Assembly (NCBI GenBank): GCA_964563715.1
Contig: CAZLXA010000005.1
Coordinates: 1 to 41,663, forward strand
Source: an uncultured Candidatus Saccharibacteria bacterium
GTDB taxonomy: Bacteria > Patescibacteriota > Minisyncoccia > Phycocordibacterales > UBA9973
DNA: 41,663 bases
Direction of reading: 5' to 3'
The notes below the pieces were generated by a model. It was given only the letters and a program-made list of their open reading frames with translations. It was not told the origin of the DNA and searched no databases. The position numbers and the translations under genes are program-made. The first letter of the stretch is position 1. Each line of letters opens with the position of its first letter. Positions 38,233 to 41,663 of the stretch are shown in pieces.

Positions 38233-38456
38233 GTAGTGCTCCAAATCAAGGTTTACCTTTAGAATTTATGTATGATGGTATGATATTTTCTAAACAAATA
38301 GATGGATATTATCATTGGTTTAAAGCTACTACACCTAGAATTAAAGAAAATTCAATAGGTAGAATAACAATATCTGAAGCAAAAGATATGTTTAATAATT
38401 GTAAATTTATTGGGAGTATAATAGTATTAAGTGATGATATAAATATTAAAGTTTAA
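38229..38456 (+). CDS. Hypothetical protein
   Basis: ATGA overlap with the previous stop favours ATG 38229 (track start 38223). Confidence 0.6.
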   Translation: MSSAPNQGLPLEFMYDGMIFSKQIDGYYHWFKATTPRIKENSIGRITISEAKDMFNNCKFIGSIIVLSDDINIKV

Positions 38457-38460
38457 GGTT

Positions 38461-38781
38461 ATGAAAAAACTATTAATTGTCTTATTAGTAATGATGTCTA
38501 CTATATCTGTTGCTCAAACCAATATAGATATACAAAGAACTGCTAAATTGTGTTATAATGATACAATACAAATTGACACAAGTTATATTCATAATGAATA
38601 TACTTTCTATGAAGGTAAGTTAAATGTATTTAATATCATTGCAGCAATTGACAGTACTATGCCAAATTACATTTATTATCATTTTTGTGTATCTGAAAAT
38701 AGACCATTATTTGTAATTGACAAAGGTAAAATAATTGGTTGTAAAAATGGAAATCATACAATTTCAGCATTAGAAAAATAA
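38461..38781 (+). CDS. Secreted protein (Sec signal peptide)
   Basis: MKKLLIVLLVMMSTISVA-Q. Confidence 0.7.
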   Translation: MKKLLIVLLVMMSTISVAQTNIDIQRTAKLCYNDTIQIDTSYIHNEYTFYEGKLNVFNIIAAIDSTMPNYIYYHFCVSENRPLFVIDKGKIIGCKNGNHTISALEK

Positions 38782-38787
38782 ACAAGT

Positions 38788-39144
38788 ATGAAAACACTTA
38801 AATTTGTAATTATTGTATTTTTATTAGTAACTACTATTACATCTGTTGCTCAAGTAATATATCAAGATCAACAGATAATTCTAACTCGATATGGTGATGG
38901 TATTTATATTGAGCCTACTAAACCTAATACTTACTTTATAGTTAACATTCAATTAAATAAAGTAGATTTAGATTGGATGGAGTTTAATAGTCTAGAATAT
39001 CTAATACCTTATAATGATTGTATTGGTAAAACATTATATTTAATTCTATATAGATATAATCTAGAAGGATTAAATAGAATAGGTCAATTTAATGAAGTGT
39101 ATTTAGTTGGTAATTATGGATTTTATATTGGAGGTAAATTATGA
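38788..39144 (+). CDS. Secreted protein (Sec signal peptide)
   Basis: MKTLKFVIIVFLLVTTITSVA-Q. Confidence 0.7.
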   Translation: MKTLKFVIIVFLLVTTITSVAQVIYQDQQIILTRYGDGIYIEPTKPNTYFIVNIQLNKVDLDWMEFNSLEYLIPYNDCIGKTLYLILYRYNLEGLNRIGQFNEVYLVGNYGFYIGGKL

Positions 39145-39182
39145 TTATAGGTATTAGTGGTAAATTAGGTTCAGGATGATAG
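39141..39182 (+). pseudogene. Orphaned original 5' end of dNMP kinase (MIIGISGKLGSG**)
   Basis: 12 codons matching the kinase P-loop start, ATGA-coupled to the upstream gene, ended by TGA TAG. Confidence 0.8.
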
Positions 39183-39268
39183 GAATATTTGTTAAAATTT
39201 ATTAAAACAATTGGTTTATGTGGAATTATTTTATACTTTTATCTGGTAAAATTTAAAAATAATCAATT

Positions 39269-40126
39269 ATGGAAACAAGTATTTATGTGTTAAGAGATCC
39301 TATTACTAATGAAATTAGATATGTAGGTTGTACTAAAAATATTGAGCAACGTTATAAAGCCCATGTCAATAAAGCTAGAGATTATAATACTCCTAAAAGA
39401 GAATGGTTAGAGTCTCTTAGAATACAAGGTTTAAAGCCAGTACTAGAAGTTGTAGAGATTGTAAATGATAATTATCTAGAAAGAGAAAAATATTATATAC
39501 AATTGTATCGAAAACAAAATTGTAATCTTACTAATACTGGAGATATTGATTTTAATGGAAATCAAACAGCTTTTAGAACAGGTCATAATCTTACTAAGGT
39601 TGTAGCTCTTTTATTAGATGGAAGTTATTATAATAGTTATGATTCTGTATCTTTAGCTGCTAAACAAAATAATACTAGTGATAGCAATATATCCTCAGCA
39701 TTATGTAAAACAACAAAAACAGCTGTTAAATTAATTTGGCTTTATGAAGATGAATATTATGATTTAACTAAAGAAGATATTGATGCTCTAGTTTTTAATG
39801 CTAATGATAATTCTTTAAAAGGTAATAAAGATACTCAATTCGAAGAAGGTCATATTGCCTGGAATAAAGGATTAAATATTAAACTAAAGCCTAATAAAAA
39901 TGTTCATCAGTATAGTGCAATAACAGGTTTATTTATTAAGACTTGGAATACAGCCAAAGAAGCTGGGGATTCATTAACCATTAACCTTGAAGCAATAGGT
40001 CAATGTGCCAGAGGTAAATCTAAAACAGCAGGAGGATATATATGGAATTATAATAAATATGAATATATAGATCCTCCTAAATATATTGGTAAAACTAAAA
40101 CATCAATAATTAATAACTTAAAATAA
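39269..40126 (+). CDS. Free-standing GIY-YIG homing endonuclease with NUMOD1-like DNA-binding domains
   Basis: SIYVL.DP....IRYVG.T.....R...H; LERE.YYI; NLTN; C-terminal VHQYS..G.FIKTW....EA.......I..C..G..KTAGGYIW. Confidence 0.88.
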   Translation: METSIYVLRDPITNEIRYVGCTKNIEQRYKAHVNKARDYNTPKREWLESLRIQGLKPVLEVVEIVNDNYLEREKYYIQLYRKQNCNLTNTGDIDFNGNQTAFRTGHNLTKVVALLLDGSYYNSYDSVSLAAKQNNTSDSNISSALCKTTKTAVKLIWLYEDEYYDLTKEDIDALVFNANDNSLKGNKDTQFEEGHIAWNKGLNIKLKPNKNVHQYSAITGLFIKTWNTAKEAGDSLTINLEAIGQCARGKSKTAGGYIWNYNKYEYIDPPKYIGKTKTSIINNLK

Positions 40127-40127
40127 T

Positions 40128-40934
40128 ATGGCAATAATTGGCATTTCGGGAAAGTCCAGATCAGGAAAGGACTTAGTTGGTAAGATAATTCAATACTTAA
40201 CTACAACTGGTGGAAATAAAGATAGTGAAATTCCATCATTCAGAGATACTGTTGATTATCAATCAGATTGGATAATTCATAAATTTGCTAATCCGTTAAA
40301 AGATATAGTTTGTATATTAACTGGTTGTACTAGAGAACAATTAGAAGATAATAAGTTTAAGAATAGTAAACTTCCAGATGAATGGATTAGATATGGTTTT
40401 GTTCAAGGTTTCTATAAATACTATAATGGAGGTTGTGTTGAAGAAACTATAATGAATAATGTTCAATGTGATAAAGAACGTTATGATTTAGAACTTAAAG
40501 TTAATTGGCAAACAGCATATAAAGGTCATTTAACATATCGTGAATTACTTCAATATCTAGGTACAGATTTAGTTAGAAATAAACTACATGAAAATGCTTG
40601 GATAAATGCTACATTTAGTAAGCATAAACCTGAATATAAGTATAATGATAATAGTAAAGCTACAGTTGATAGTTGGCATCATACATCACTACCTAATTGG
40701 ATCATCACAGATTGTCGATTTGAAAATGAAGCTAAGGCTATTAAAGATAGAGATGGATTGTTGATTAGAGTTAATAGAGGAATTTATCCTAATGATCCTA
40801 TTAATATTGGAGTTCATGAATCTGAAACAAGTTTAGATAATTATCAATTTGATCATACAATTAATAATAATGGAACAATTGATGAATTAATTGAGAAAGT
40901 AAAACAAATACTAATAAAGGAGAAAATAATATGA
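40128..40934 (+). CDS. Deoxynucleoside monophosphate kinase
   Basis: IIGISGK..SGKD P-loop, FA.PLK, T.RELLQ.LGTD..R, ITDCRF.NE, H.SE..LD, I.NNGT. Confidence 0.9.
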   Translation: MAIIGISGKSRSGKDLVGKIIQYLTTTGGNKDSEIPSFRDTVDYQSDWIIHKFANPLKDIVCILTGCTREQLEDNKFKNSKLPDEWIRYGFVQGFYKYYNGGCVEETIMNNVQCDKERYDLELKVNWQTAYKGHLTYRELLQYLGTDLVRNKLHENAWINATFSKHKPEYKYNDNSKATVDSWHHTSLPNWIITDCRFENEAKAIKDRDGLLIRVNRGIYPNDPINIGVHESETSLDNYQFDHTINNNGTIDELIEKVKQILIKEKII

Positions 40935-41663
40935 AATTGATAAAAGCATCGTATGAAATAATAACTCCTATTAATGGAGAAGAAATACTTAAACAAATAG
41001 AATTAGCAGCTAGAACTTGTTATAAGAGTGAGGATAAGATTGAATATGCTGATATAGATATGTATCATATAGGAGGAGGCAAATATGTAGATTTTGTTAC
41101 TTTTATATCAGATTCTATTAATCAGAATAGTAAGTTTGATATGAGTATCTTATTATCTTCTAATATGATAAAAGCTGGATCTTGTATAAGTGCTCGTACT
41201 CTTATACCTAAACTTATGAACCTTAATCATGAAGCTATGTTAGAATTTGGGGGAATGATAACAGTGAAATTCATAGTTGATAGAGGTATAAGTCACGAAT
41301 TAGTTAGACATAGAGTTGCATCATTTGCTCAAGAGAGTACTAGATATTGTAATTATGGTAAAGATAATAACGTTTCTTTTATATTACCTTTGTGGTGTGA
41401 TGAATTAGAAGAAGGTAATTATGATTATGTAATACAATGTGATAATGTTGGACAAGGCTTATGGATGGAAACTATGTTAGATTTAGAAGATAAATATTTA
41501 ACATTAATACAAAGAGGTTGGTCACCTCAACAAGCACGTTCTGTACTTCCTAATTCTCTTAAAACTGAAATTAATGTATCAGCTAATATTAGAGAATGGC
41601 GACATATCTTTAAACTTCGTACAGCTAAAGCAGCACATCCTCAAATGAGAGAAGTTATGTGTC
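40931..41663 (+). CDS. thyX: FAD-dependent thymidylate synthase (truncated by the window end)
   Basis: Not in the ORF track: MKLIKASYEI...AARTCYKSE...HEAMLEF...DRGISHELVRHRVASFAQESTRYCNY...PQQARSVLP...REWRHIFKLR...AHPQMRE. Confidence 0.93.
   Translation, partial: MKLIKASYEIITPINGEEILKQIELAARTCYKSEDKIEYADIDMYHIGGGKYVDFVTFISDSINQNSKFDMSILLSSNMIKAGSCISARTLIPKLMNLNHEAMLEFGGMITVKFIVDRGISHELVRHRVASFAQESTRYCNYGKDNNVSFILPLWCDELEEGNYDYVIQCDNVGQGLWMETMLDLEDKYLTLIQRGWSPQQARSVLPNSLKTEINVSANIREWRHIFKLRTAKAAHPQMREVMC

Noticed and set aside
39177-40166. Group I intron or T4 gene 60-like ribosomal bypass (GGA-stop ... GGA)
   Set aside because: Only about 90 non-coding AT-rich nt with no intron core; 990 nt is far too long for bypassing; the downstream kinase already has its own complete start
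1-41663. Stop-codon reassignment (TAG=Gln or TGA=Trp), known in some crAss-like phages and linked to theta ribozymes
   Set aside because: Long genes are intact in the standard code, TAG and TGA end genes (major capsid ends TAG, dNMP kinase ends TGA), and no suppressor tRNA is seen

Overview
AT-rich fragment of a crAss-like (Crassvirales-type) phage genome, read in the standard genetic code, with two divergent halves. The minus strand (1-30296) is a late/structural operon. In transcription order it holds an HU/IHF-like protein, a PD-(D/E)xK nuclease, a DUF4406-like protein, large terminase, portal, a putative scaffold, major capsid protein, auxiliary capsid/ring/hub-like proteins, a run of tail-fibre genes and holin/spanin-like lysis genes. 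A mostly non-coding switch region lies at about 30300-31790. The plus strand carries small early genes, an RNA cluster, a GIY-YIG homing endonuclease, dNMP kinase and a truncated ThyX. The main discovery is in the RNA cluster: a phage tmRNA (36979-37307) with an unusually long 37-aa tag, whose discriminator base is followed directly by a complete minimal HDV-like (theta-type) ribozyme (37308-37363). This suggests a self-maturing tmRNA. Also notable are a tRNA-like RNA with an elongated anticodon arm, a bipartite 31-nt motif shared by the capsid operon and the tmRNA, and a homing endonuclease that inserted in the dNMP-kinase P-loop and supplied a recoded replacement 5' end. Two tail proteins show unusual architecture: one has nested self-inserted domains and one a circularly permuted lectin-like domain. 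All protein calls rest on motif recognition and synteny; no database searches were run.
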